From an uncultured Gemmatimonadales bacterium (GTDB taxonomy: Bacteria; Gemmatimonadota; Gemmatimonadetes; Gemmatimonadales; GWC2-71-9): a stretch of 64,000 nt of DNA. The stretch spans positions 346,642-410,641 of the forward strand of contig CAWETL010000003.1 of NCBI GenBank assembly GCA_963812085.1. The letters run 5' to 3'. The notes beneath the pieces were generated by a model that saw nothing but the letters and a program-made list of their open reading frames with translations, did no database searches and was not told the DNA's origin. Positions 20,298 through 29,925 of the stretch are shown piece after piece (position 1 is the stretch's first letter; every line of letters begins with the position of its first letter). Position numbers and translations under genes: made by a program.

Positions 20298-21860
20298 ATG
20301 CTTGCCCGGATCCGTTCCGCCGCCGTCCTCGGCATCGACGCCTACCTGGTCGACGTCGAGGTGGACATCACCAACGGCCTCCCCTCGGTCGCCACCGTCG
20401 GCCTTCCGCACGGCGCCGTCAAGGAAGGGCGGGAGCGGGTCAACGCGGCCCTGCTGAACGCCGGGTTCGTCTTTCCCCTCAAGCGCATCACGGTCAACCT
20501 GGCCCCGGCGGACGTCCGGAAGGATGGTTCCGGCTTCGACCTCCCGATCGCGCTCGGCATCCTGGCGGCGAGCGAGCAGGTGGACGGGAGCGGGCTCGAG
20601 GATCAGCTCGTGCTCGGCGAGGTCGGGCTGGAGGGAGACCTCCGCCCCGTGCGGGGTGCGCTCTCGATGACCATCGCCGCCCGGAAGGCCGGGCTCCGCG
20701 GGGTGCTCCTCCCGGCCGCCAACGTGCCCGAGGCCGCCGTGGTGGACGGCATCGAAGTGCGCGGCGCCCGGACCCTCGCCGAAGTCTGCGCCCATCTCGG
20801 TGCGGGGCCGGCACTGGAGCCGACCCGCGTAGACGTTCGGGCCCTGATGGCGCAGCGGGGCGCGGATGCGGTGGACTTCTCGGATGTGCGGGCCCAGGCG
20901 GGCGCCAAGCGGGCGCTGGAGGTGGCGGCCGCCGGTGCCCACAACATTCTGCTCGTCGGTCCGCCCGGGGCGGGGAAGACCATGCTCGCCCGGCGGCTCC
21001 CGACGATCCTGCCCGGCATGGCGCTCGACGAAGCGCTGGAGACCACCAAGGTGCACAGCGTCGCCGGACTGCTGGCACCGGGGCAGTCGCTCTGCGTCAC
21101 CCGTCCGTTCCGCTCCCCGCACCACACGATCAGCGACGCCGGCCTCATCGGCGGCGGGTCCACGCCACGCCCCGGTGAGGTGAGCCTGGCGCATGGAGGC
21201 GTGCTGTTTCTCGACGAACTGCCGGAGTTCCGCACCAACGTGCTCGAGGTGCTCCGGCAGCCGCTGGAGGACGGGAGCGTCACCCTCAGCCGCGCAGCCA
21301 TCAGCCTCAGCTATCCCGCGCGCTTCATGCTCGCCGCGGCCATGAATCCCTGCCCCTGCGGCTACCTCGGCGATCCGAGCCACCGTTGTCACTGCACACC
21401 TATGCACGTGGAACGGTATCTGTCCCGGCTGTCCGGCCCGTTGCTGGACCGGATCGACATCCACCTGGAAGTGCCGGCGGTGGCGTACCGGGACTTGGCG
21501 GCACCGGCACCCGAGGAATCGAGCGCGGCGGTGCGGGCCCGGGTGGAGGCGGCGCGGCTCCGTCAGCGGGAGCGCTTCCAGGGGATGCCAGGCCTGTACG
21601 CCAACGCCCACATGACGGCGCGCGAAATCCGGCGCTTCTGCCGGCTCTCCGAGGCGGTGGAACTGCTCCTCCGGAACGCCGTGGCGCGGCTGGGGCTCTC
21701 CGCCCGGGCGTATCACCGGGTCCTCAAGATCGGGCGCACCATCGCCGACCTGGCGGGCGCCGCCGAACTCGAGGTGGTGCACGTCGCCGAAGCGATTCAG
21801 TACCGGACGCTGGACCGCCGGCGAGTGACGCCCGCCGTGGCGGCGGCACCGCCTGGCTGA
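20298..21860 (+). CDS. comM: YifB/ComM Mg-chelatase-like AAA+ ATPase
   Basis: VGLP..AVKE.RERV; NLAPAD.RKDGS.FDLPIA; GPPGAGKT; PFRSPHHT; LFLDELPEF; AMNPCPCG. Confidence 0.92.
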   Translation: MLARIRSAAVLGIDAYLVDVEVDITNGLPSVATVGLPHGAVKEGRERVNAALLNAGFVFPLKRITVNLAPADVRKDGSGFDLPIALGILAASEQVDGSGLEDQLVLGEVGLEGDLRPVRGALSMTIAARKAGLRGVLLPAANVPEAAVVDGIEVRGARTLAEVCAHLGAGPALEPTRVDVRALMAQRGADAVDFSDVRAQAGAKRALEVAAAGAHNILLVGPPGAGKTMLARRLPTILPGMALDEALETTKVHSVAGLLAPGQSLCVTRPFRSPHHTISDAGLIGGGSTPRPGEVSLAHGGVLFLDELPEFRTNVLEVLRQPLEDGSVTLSRAAISLSYPARFMLAAAMNPCPCGYLGDPSHRCHCTPMHVERYLSRLSGPLLDRIDIHLEVPAVAYRDLAAPAPEESSAAVRARVEAARLRQRERFQGMPGLYANAHMTAREIRRFCRLSEAVELLLRNAVARLGLSARAYHRVLKIGRTIADLAGAAELEVVHVAEAIQYRTLDRRRVTPAVAAAPPG

Positions 21861-21918
21861 GCGAAGGAGCCGCGGGGCGGGTAGACCAGAGCGGGGATCT
21901 CGAGTACATTCGTCGCGA

Positions 21919-22302
21919 ATGAACGGCACGAGCGTCTGGTCCCGGTTCCTCTCGGGGGCGTTGGCGATCTGGTTCGGCCTTGTGATGGCCGCACCAGTCG
22001 TGCTGCACAGCTGTCCCCAGGCGCTGGCCAGCCGGAGTTCGTCGGCCCCGATGGCGATGCCGGATCACCACGGCTCGCATCATTCGTCCATGCCGAACGA
22101 CCGGGCACCGAAGGACTGCACCTGCCTCGGCCTCTGCAGGGGGCCGGCTCCGGCGGTGCTGCCGCAGGCCGCGGTCGGACCGATCGCCGTCCTCCTGCCG
22201 GTGGCCGCCGGCCCCGCGGCAGTCGCGATGCCGGTGTCGCCCGCCGCGCTCCCTGAACACAACCAGCCATTCGCCACCGCACCACCCCTTCCGCAGGCCT
22301 GA
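21919..22302 (+). CDS. Putative metal-sensing leader / arrest peptide (DUF2946/CruR/CutF-like)
   Basis: TM/signal, HSCP, His/Met-rich tract, CTCLGLC, Pro/Ala linker, C-terminal PFATAPP; upstream of a TonB receptor. Confidence 0.65.
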   Translation: MNGTSVWSRFLSGALAIWFGLVMAAPVVLHSCPQALASRSSSAPMAMPDHHGSHHSSMPNDRAPKDCTCLGLCRGPAPAVLPQAAVGPIAVLLPVAAGPAAVAMPVSPAALPEHNQPFATAPPLPQA

Positions 22303-22325
22303 TTCCCGCGCCACGGCGCGGAATC
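22301..22325 (+). promoter_or_regulatory. Hairpin overlapping the uORF stop codon
   Basis: gattcccgcgc-cacg-gcgcggaatc (one bulged C). Confidence 0.55.
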
Positions 22326-22460
22326 GCAATCACCCCACATAGCTGGAACACCGCGTCCCCGGGGCCTTGTCCCCGGGCCGCCCGACATTCTTAGTCCTCA
22401 GGCACGCCGGCCCCCGTTGGGGGCGCGCGGGTGTGCCCTGGGGCGGAAATCCACTGACTG

Positions 22461-24552
22461 ATGGCCCCAGCAGGTCCATCGAGCTTCACGCCACGCGTCA
22501 CGCGAACCCTCATTCGCGCGCTCTGGCTCTGCTGCTGCCTCGCGGCCGGCGCAGCCGTGGCCGCCGAGGCGCAGGCCGGGGCCAGGCCCGACTCCGCGAA
22601 GGCCAAGGTGACGGTGCTGTCGCCAGTGACCGTGACGGGCAGGCGGGAGCTCGCCGTCGCCCCCCCGGTGTCCACGATCGAGGTGACGCCGGAGGTGATG
22701 CAGCGGGCGCCGGCCTCGAACCCGTACGACCTCATCGGCCGGGCGGCCGGGATCGAGGTGCACCAGCAGGGACAGGGGCCGGGATTCGCTTCGGACGTCG
22801 TCATCGGCGGCTTCACCTCCGACCATTCCTCCGACGTGCTGCTCGTGCTCGATGGCGTCCCGATCAACTTGCCGATCCACGGGCACGTCGAGGGCTACGC
22901 CGACTGGAGTATCCTGTCGCCGGGGGCCATCAGCGCCACCCGGGTGATCCACGGCCCGGCCAGTCCGCTGTACGGGGATTTTTCGATCGGCGGGGTGATC
23001 GAGATGTACACCGGCGCCGATGCGAACGGACCGACCGCCTCGCTCGGCGTGACGAGCTTCGGCGACGTCCGCGGCTGGGTTTCCACCGGATTCCAGCACC
23101 CGAACGGCGGGGGGCTCGCCTCGCTCGCGCTCCAGCGGGAACAGGGGTGGCGTGACAACGCCGACTATTTCCTCGGCACCGGCGTGCTGCGCGGATGGCG
23201 GGCGGTCGGCACGGGGCGGATCGAGGGCGGATTCTACGCCTACGGCTCCGACTGGAATTCGCCTGGGTACGTGTCGGTCGCCGATTACAACCAGGGGCAT
23301 CTGACCGGCGCCACCGACACCACCGATGGCGGTGATGCACATCGCTACATCGCCAACCTGCGGTACGGCGCACCGCTCGCGGCCCGGACCACCCTGCAGG
23401 CGCAGGTGTGGGGTCAGCTCGGACACTCGACGGTGTTCCTGACCATTCCGGAAGACGGGGTGCTCGACCAGACCGGCGAACACGACGACCGGAGCGCGCT
23501 CGGATTCCAGGCCGAGGTCAATCGCGCCACGGACGCTGGTGAGTTCACCATCGGAATGAGCGGCAGGGCGGACTGGACGACGTACACGCTCGACCGGACC
23601 GAGGAGCGCGTCACGCTGGCGCCGCGCCAGGGCAACGACGGGCGCTACCAGGCCATCGGTGCATTCGCCCGCTGGCGCGGCATGCTGGGCTCGCACCTGC
23701 TGTACGACCTCGGGCTCCGCGCCGACGAGGTTCGCTATCAGAGCCTCGACAAACTCGACTCGCTGGCGACGTGGCAGGAGGCGACCGATCCGATGGTGAG
23801 CCCCAAGCTCGGGGCGCGCTACATCCTGTCGGATCGCGTGGTCCTGCTCGGGTCGCTGGCGCGCGGGTTCCGCGGCCCGGTCGGCGTGATCGCCGACCCA
23901 GGGCCTTCCACTGGTGACCGCCTGGGCGGGAGAGCTCGGGGCCCAGTATGCCGCCGGGCCGGTGCAACTGGGGCTGTCGTTCTTCCAGTTCAACGTGGCC
24001 AACGAACGGGTCAGGGACCCGGTCACCCTCGAGATCGTCGACGCGGGAACCAGTCGCCGCCGGGGGGCCACGCTCAACGCCACCTGGCGCCTGGGTCATC
24101 ACCTCTCGCTGCTGGCGGCCGGCACCGTCAACGACGCCACGGTGACTGGCATCGCTCAGACGGCGAACGTGTCGCTCGACCGCGGCGCCATCCGCCCGCC
24201 GCGGCCGAGTTTTCACGATGTGCCGCTCGAGCCCGGCGACCCGGTCCCCGGTGTGTCGAAGTATTTCGGCCGGATCGGCGCCGAGTACATCGTGCGGACG
24301 GGCCTCTCCGGGTACGGCCTGGTGCGGTTCACCGGGCCCTACACCCCCATCGGCGAGCCGACCATCACGACACAGCCCTATGCGGTCGTCGATGCCGGCG
24401 CGTCCTTCGGGCTCGGGCTGACCACGAGCCTCGACGTGGACCTGCTGAACATCACGGACGCGAAATACCCGGAGCTCCGCGCCTCCGGCTACATCAACCC
24501 CGGCGCACCCCGCAGCGTGCTGGTATCGGTGCGCCTCACCCGCCCGAATTGA
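22461..24552 (+). CDS. TonB-dependent receptor with a +1 frameshift near 23901 (sequencing error or pseudogene)
   Basis: Plug GFTSDHSSDV...DGVPINLPIHGHVEGYAD; SPKLGARY; barrel continues in frame 23914..24552 (NITD.KY...PGAPRSV.V.VR); removing one G of GGG 23901-3 restores a 696-aa protein. Confidence 0.82.
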
Positions 24553-24590
24553 ATCCCTGGCAAGCCAAACCCATCCAAGGAGATGCACTC

Positions 24591-25034
24591 ATGATGTTCC
24601 TGCACGGAAGCCGCGCTCTGGCGCGCCTGTCAGTGGTCCCGGCACTCGCCCTGGCCCTCGCGACGGGTGCCTGCAGCAGCAACGAGACTGGCCCGGGCCC
24701 TGACGCGCACGTGCCCACGTCCGCCAAGCTGTTCGTGAATGGCGCCGACGTGACGGCAAACCTGATCCTGCCCGCCGGCGCCACCACGCGAGTCCAGATC
24801 AAGTTCTACCTTGCCGACGGGTCGGAAGAGACGACGATCGAGACGACGCATTTTTCGTCGCTCACCTTTACGCCGACGGTACTCGCGACACCGGCGGGCG
24901 TGACCGACCACCGCTTCCAGTGGGATGTGACCGCGCAGGGCGCAGCCGGCACGGGCACTGTCATGGTCGGATTCGGGCATGACGACCTGGCCGATGAAGA
25001 CAGCTTCGGTCCGTTCCCCGTCACCGTGCAGTAG
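24591..25034 (+). CDS. Small His-containing lipoprotein
   Basis: AAGGAG SD; lipobox LATGA-C; GFGHDD near the C-terminus. Confidence 0.75.
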   Translation: MMFLHGSRALARLSVVPALALALATGACSSNETGPGPDAHVPTSAKLFVNGADVTANLILPAGATTRVQIKFYLADGSEETTIETTHFSSLTFTPTVLATPAGVTDHRFQWDVTAQGAAGTGTVMVGFGHDDLADEDSFGPFPVTVQ

Positions 25035-25051
25035 CCCCCGTAACCACGTGA

Positions 25052-25085
25052 GGGCCCGGGGCCGCCCTGGCGGCTCCCGGGGCCC
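25052..25085 (+). terminator. GC-rich hairpin after the TonB receptor operon
   Basis: gggcccggggccgcc / ggcggctcccggggccc imperfect stem. Confidence 0.4.
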
Positions 25086-25175
25086 CCTGACGGCACGGTT
25101 GCGCTTTCGTAGGGAACTGATGCAAGTTCGGCGGTTCCCGGAGTGCCACGCCGTACCCTGATCGAGGCCAGTCCC

Positions 25176-27986
25176 ATGCGATGCGTTGAATTCCGCCGGT
25201 CACCCGTGGTCCTGCTCCTCTTCCTCCTGGCGTTCGCGGCTCCGGCCGCCGGCCAGCAGCCGGCAACCAAGCCGGCGCGCCCAGCCCGCGCTGCGACGAC
25301 TGCCCCGAAGGCGGTCAAGGTCACGAGCGTCGAGGGGATCACCGAATACCGGCTGCCCAACGGGCTCCAAGTCCTCCTGTTGCCCGACCAGACCAAGCCG
25401 ATCGCCACGGTGAACATCACCTACCTGGTGGGTTCTCGGTACGAGGGCTACGGTGAGACGGGAATGGCGCACCTCCTCGAGCACCTGCTGTTCAAGGGGT
25501 CCACGCAGCACCCGAAGATCGGCGAGGAGATGACCGCCCACGGCGCCGACTTCAACGGCACCACCTGGTACGACCGCACCAACTATTTCGAGTCGTTTCC
25601 GGCCACCCCCGCCAACCTCGACTGGGCCCTGCAGCTCGAGGCCGACCGGATGGTGCACTCCTTCATCGCCAAGGCCGACCTCGAATCCGAGATGACGGTG
25701 GTGCGAAACGAATTCGAGATGGGGGAGAACGACCCGGGGAGCATCCTGGAGGAACGCCTGTTCTCCACGGCGTACCTCTGGCACAACTACGGCCACTCGA
25801 CGATCGGCGCGCGCTCGGACATCGAGCTGGTGCCGATCGGGCGGTTGCAGGACTTCTACCGGAAGTACTATCAGCCGGACAACTCGATGCTCGTCGTGGC
25901 GGGGAAGTTCGATGAGGCCGCGACGCTCAAGCGTATCGAGCAGCTCTTCGGCCCGATCCCGCGGCCGAACCGGGACGGCGCGAATCACCTCTGGGGCACC
26001 TATACCGTGGAGCCGGTCCAGGACGGCGAGCGCACGGTGACCCTGCGCCGGGTGGGGGACGAGCAGGTGATCCTCGCCGGGTTCCACATCCCGGCGGGAT
26101 CCGACCCGGATTTCGCCCCGATCAACGTCCTCACGCAGGTCCTCGGCTCGGCCCCGAGCGGGAGGCTCTACCAGGCGCTTGTCGAGCCCAAGCTGGCGGC
26201 CCGGGTCTGGTCATCCGCATACCAGCTCTACCAGCCCAGCATGCTCCTCGTGGGCGCCCAACTCCGCACGGAGGACACCCTCGCGGTCGCCCAGGCGGCC
26301 CTGCTCGCCGCGCTCGACTCGGTGACCACCCGGCCGCCGACCGACGAGGAAGTGGCCCGTGCCAAGCAGACCATCCTCAAGAACATCGACCTGAGCCTGA
26401 CCCAGACCGACCGGGTGGGCATCGCGCTGAGCGAGTGGGCCTCGCGCGGCGACTGGCGGCTCATCTTCATCAATCGCGACCGCGTCCGGGCCGTGACGCC
26501 CGCCGACGTGCAGCGGGTGGCCCAGGCGTACATCAAGCCGAGCAACCGGACGATGGGGGTCTTCGTCCCGACCCCGAAGCCCGATCGCGCCGAGATCCCG
26601 CCGCTTCCCGACATCGCGGCGCTGGTCAAGGACTACAAGGGCGACACCACGATGACCCTCGGGGAGGCCTTCGACGCCTCGCCGGCCAACATCGACGCCC
26701 GCACGGCGCGCAGTGCGCTCCCCAGCGGGATGAAGGTGGCGCTGCTCCCCAAGGCCACGCGGGGCCAGACGGTCAACGCCACGATCCAGCTCCACTTCGG
26801 CACCGAGTCCGCCCTGAACGGCCGGGCCACGGCGGCGTCGCTGGCCGGAGCGATGCTGATGCGCGGCACCACCGCGCACACCCGACAGCAGCTCAAGGAC
26901 GAGTTCGATCGCCTGAAGGCCCAGGTCAGCGTGTTCGGCACTGCGGAGGGCGCCACGGTGTCCATCTCGACCGTGCGCGCCAACTTCCCGGCGGTCCTCC
27001 GCCTCGCGGGCGAGGTGCTTCGCCAGCCGAGCTTCGATCCGGCGGAGTTCGCGACCCTGCAGCGCGAGATGCTGGCGCGCCTGGAATCACAACGGACCGA
27101 TCCGATCCCGCTCGCGCAGAACGCGCTGTCGAGGGCGATGCAGATCTACCCGCCGGGGCATCCCCGCTATGTCCCGACGATCGACGAATCGATCGCCGAG
27201 ACGAAGGCCGCGACGGTGGATGATGCCAAGCGGTTCTGGGTGGAGTTCTACGGGGTCGGCGCCGGGGAAGTGGCGATCGTGGGCGATTTCGACCCGGCGG
27301 AGGTCTCGCCGGTCGTGGCGGAGTTGTTCGGAACCTGGAAGAGCCCGGCCGCGTACGCGCGGATTCCCGACCGGTACAGCGACAAGCCCGCGGTGACCGA
27401 GCAGATCGAAACGCCAGACAAGGCCAACGCGATCATGCTGGCGGCCACCAGCCTTCGGCTGGGCGAGGACGATCCCGGCTTTCCCGCGATGGCGATCGGA
27501 GACTACATCTACGGCGGGTCGGCGTTCGACTCCCGGCTGATGATGCGCATCCGGCAGAAGGAGGGACTCAGCTACGGGGTCGGGAGCGCGCTCCGCGCGA
27601 GCCCGCTGGACCAGGCCGGACGGCTGTTCGTCTACGCCATCTCCGCGCCCGAGAACACCTCGAAAGTGGTCACGGCCTTTCATGAGGTGACCGATTCGGC
27701 GGTGTCCGGCGGCTTCACGCCGGCCGAGGTGACGAAGGGCAAGGCCGGCTACCTGCAGCAGCGCCAGCTGGCACGGGCGGACGACGGGAGTCTCGTCGAT
27801 GAGTTGGCGGAGGAGCTCTACCTGGGCCGGACCATGGCGTGGGACGCCAAGCTGGAGCAGGCCATCGGGGCCCTCACCCCGGAGCAGGTGAGCACCGGCT
27901 TCCGCAGCTTCGTGGATCCCTCGAGGATCACCGTGATCACCGCGGGGGATTTCGCGAAGGGGAAGGCGGCCCCGGCCCAGCCGTAG
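25176..27986 (+). CDS. M16 (pitrilysin/PqqL-like) zinc peptidase, exported
   Basis: Y.LPNGL.VLL; GMAHLLEHLLFKGS (HxxEH); NGTT.YDRTNY; RL...IR.KEGLSYGV. Confidence 0.92.
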   Translation: MRCVEFRRSPVVLLLFLLAFAAPAAGQQPATKPARPARAATTAPKAVKVTSVEGITEYRLPNGLQVLLLPDQTKPIATVNITYLVGSRYEGYGETGMAHLLEHLLFKGSTQHPKIGEEMTAHGADFNGTTWYDRTNYFESFPATPANLDWALQLEADRMVHSFIAKADLESEMTVVRNEFEMGENDPGSILEERLFSTAYLWHNYGHSTIGARSDIELVPIGRLQDFYRKYYQPDNSMLVVAGKFDEAATLKRIEQLFGPIPRPNRDGANHLWGTYTVEPVQDGERTVTLRRVGDEQVILAGFHIPAGSDPDFAPINVLTQVLGSAPSGRLYQALVEPKLAARVWSSAYQLYQPSMLLVGAQLRTEDTLAVAQAALLAALDSVTTRPPTDEEVARAKQTILKNIDLSLTQTDRVGIALSEWASRGDWRLIFINRDRVRAVTPADVQRVAQAYIKPSNRTMGVFVPTPKPDRAEIPPLPDIAALVKDYKGDTTMTLGEAFDASPANIDARTARSALPSGMKVALLPKATRGQTVNATIQLHFGTESALNGRATAASLAGAMLMRGTTAHTRQQLKDEFDRLKAQVSVFGTAEGATVSISTVRANFPAVLRLAGEVLRQPSFDPAEFATLQREMLARLESQRTDPIPLAQNALSRAMQIYPPGHPRYVPTIDESIAETKAATVDDAKRFWVEFYGVGAGEVAIVGDFDPAEVSPVVAELFGTWKSPAAYARIPDRYSDKPAVTEQIETPDKANAIMLAATSLRLGEDDPGFPAMAIGDYIYGGSAFDSRLMMRIRQKEGLSYGVGSALRASPLDQAGRLFVYAISAPENTSKVVTAFHEVTDSAVSGGFTPAEVTKGKAGYLQQRQLARADDGSLVDELAEELYLGRTMAWDAKLEQAIGALTPEQVSTGFRSFVDPSRITVITAGDFAKGKAAPAQP

Positions 27987-27991
27987 TCGGG

Positions 27992-28399
27992 CTAGTCGGC
28001 GCCGGGGGGCAGACGGCGCTCCGCCTTGGTGGCGGAGCGCCGTTTCTTCGCCTCCAGGCGGCGCTCGCCGGCGGAGCGGGGCGGCTTGGTCTTCTTCCTC
28101 CGCTTCGGCGGCACGAGCGCCTCGGCCACCAGTCGCTGCAACCGCTCGATGACCGCCTCGCGGTTCTGCAGCTGGCTTCGCGTTGCCGCCGAGACCAGCC
28201 GGAGCCCACCCCGCGCGTCGAGCCGGTGGCCCAGCACCGAGAGCAGCAGGGTGCGCTCCTCGGCGGTCAGGCTCGGGCTCCCGGCCGCGTCCCACCAGAG
28301 CTCGACCCGGGTGGACGAGGTGTTCACGTGCTGACCGCCGGGCCCGCCGGCCCGGGTGGCACGAAAGGTCAGTTCATGGAGCGGGATCGGCGCGGGCAT
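27992..28399 (-). CDS. arfB: Alternative ribosome rescue factor ArfB (YaeJ)
   Basis: RAGGPGGQHVN; RSQLQNR; basic tail PKRRKKTKP...RRLEAKKRRS. Confidence 0.93.
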   Translation of the reverse strand: MPAPIPLHELTFRATRAGGPGGQHVNTSSTRVELWWDAAGSPSLTAEERTLLLSVLGHRLDARGGLRLVSAATRSQLQNREAVIERLQRLVAEALVPPKRRKKTKPPRSAGERRLEAKKRRSATKAERRLPPGAD

Positions 28400-28461
28400 G
28401 GAGCAAAGATATCGTGGCGGGCGGTAGCCGGGGCGGAGGATGCCTCGCTACCTTTGTGCCC

Positions 28462-29274
28462 ATGCCGAACGTCGAGGAACTTGCGGCCCATCTCGGGGCC
28501 CTGCCGAGCGCCGTGCTGGGCTATTCCGGCGGGGTGGATTCCGCGGTGCTCGCCGTGGCGGGCACCCGGGCGCTCGGAGCGGGCCGGTTCCTCGCCGTCA
28601 TCGGCCGGAGCGCCTCGTATCCTGCCGTGCAGTGGGAGGCGGCGCTCGCCCTCGCGGCGCAATTCTCCATTCCGCTGCTCGAAGTGGAGACGCACGAGCT
28701 CGCCGATCCGTCCTACGCGGCGAATCCCCTGAACCGCTGCTTCTTCTGCAAGTCGGAGCTCTGGCGGGCGCTCGGCGCCGTGGCCGCGGAACGGGGGCTC
28801 GAGGTCCTGCTCGACGGCACCAACACCGATGACCTTCGCGAGCACCGGCCCGGCGCGGCCGCCGGTGCGGCCCGGCAGGTCCATTCGCCGTTCGTGAGCC
28901 TCGGCTGGTCCAAGGCGGACGTCCGCCGCGCGGCGCTCGACCTCGGCCTCCCGACCTGGGACGCGCCCGCGGCGCCCTGTCTCTCGAGCCGGATCCAGTA
29001 CGGCCTGGCGGTGACGCCGGAGCGATTGCGCCAGGTCGAGGCCGCCGAAGCGGTGATGCGGTCCGTCGGCGTGACCGGAGACTGCCGGGTGCGGCATCAC
29101 GGCGCCCGGGCGCGTGTCGAGGTGCTGCCAGCCGAGCGTGGCCTGGTCGAAGCGCACTGGAGCGACATTGCCCGGCGGCTGCTGGCGCTGGGCTTCAGCG
29201 AAGTCGAGCTCGACCCGCGGGGGTATCGGCGCGGGGCGCTGCTACCCCTCGCCGTGGTGCCGGGATCAGACTGA
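28462..29274 (+). CDS. larE: LarE-family ATP-dependent sulfur transferase
   Basis: YSGGVDS PP-loop; NRCFFCK; DGTN.DD...HRPG; PAAPCLSSRI.YG. Confidence 0.88.
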   Translation: MPNVEELAAHLGALPSAVLGYSGGVDSAVLAVAGTRALGAGRFLAVIGRSASYPAVQWEAALALAAQFSIPLLEVETHELADPSYAANPLNRCFFCKSELWRALGAVAAERGLEVLLDGTNTDDLREHRPGAAAGAARQVHSPFVSLGWSKADVRRAALDLGLPTWDAPAAPCLSSRIQYGLAVTPERLRQVEAAEAVMRSVGVTGDCRVRHHGARARVEVLPAERGLVEAHWSDIARRLLALGFSEVELDPRGYRRGALLPLAVVPGSD

Positions 29275-29925
29275 ATGATGGGGTGCCTTGCCCTCCCGTT
29301 CCGGCTCCTGGCGGTGGTCCTGCTCGTGGGGCTGCTGTATTTCGGCTGGACCGAGCGGGATCGGATCGCGCCGCTCTGGCACCAGCTCGTGGATCATCGG
29401 GCCGGGCCGGGCGCCGGCTCCACGGGGCGCGCCGGCAGCGCCGCGCTGGCGCGTGCACAAGGCAAGATCGACAGCCTCAACGGATGGCGGGCGGACTCGG
29501 TCGTGCTGACCCCCGCTGAGATGGCGTCGCTCGTGGGCGCCGGGCTCGAGGCACGGGTGCGTGGCGAACTCGATTCGCTGTCCGTGACCCTCGGGGACCA
29601 CCGCCTCACGGTCGCCGGGCGAATCAGGACAGCCGGGCTGCCGCGCGAGGTCCTCGGGCCGCTGGCGGGGGCGCTCGACGAGCGGGAGCCGGTCCGGGCC
29701 GCCGGGACGGTCACGGTCGTGGCGCCGGGGCTGGCGGCGTGGGCGGTGGACGAGTTCATGGTGCGGGACTTTCCCTTTCCGCGGGAGATGGTGCCGCGCG
29801 TCGTGGGCGTGGTGACCGGCAAGCGGGGAGGCGGCGTGGTGACGATCGCCATCCCCGCCGGCATCGGCGGCGTCCGGGTGCACCCGGACGGCGTCACGTT
29901 GTATCCTTCGGGCTCCCAGCCATGA
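29275..29925 (+). CDS. Hypothetical membrane-anchored protein
   Basis: N-terminal TM; coupled to both neighbours (adjacent to larE stop, ATGA overlap downstream). Confidence 0.7.
   Translation: MMGCLALPFRLLAVVLLVGLLYFGWTERDRIAPLWHQLVDHRAGPGAGSTGRAGSAALARAQGKIDSLNGWRADSVVLTPAEMASLVGAGLEARVRGELDSLSVTLGDHRLTVAGRIRTAGLPREVLGPLAGALDEREPVRAAGTVTVVAPGLAAWAVDEFMVRDFPFPREMVPRVVGVVTGKRGGGVVTIAIPAGIGGVRVHPDGVTLYPSGSQP

Noticed and set aside
17115-21929. 1604-aa ORF as one protein
   Set aside because: Only 17115..19787 is the permease; the rest overlaps padR and is antisense to comM.
22461-25034. 857-aa receptor-lipoprotein fusion
   Set aside because: Artefact of the frameshift; the lipoprotein has its own SD, start and lipobox.
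15640-25100. Accessory block around comM as a mobile island
   Set aside because: comM is intact; no integrase, transposase, att repeats or evident compositional shift.
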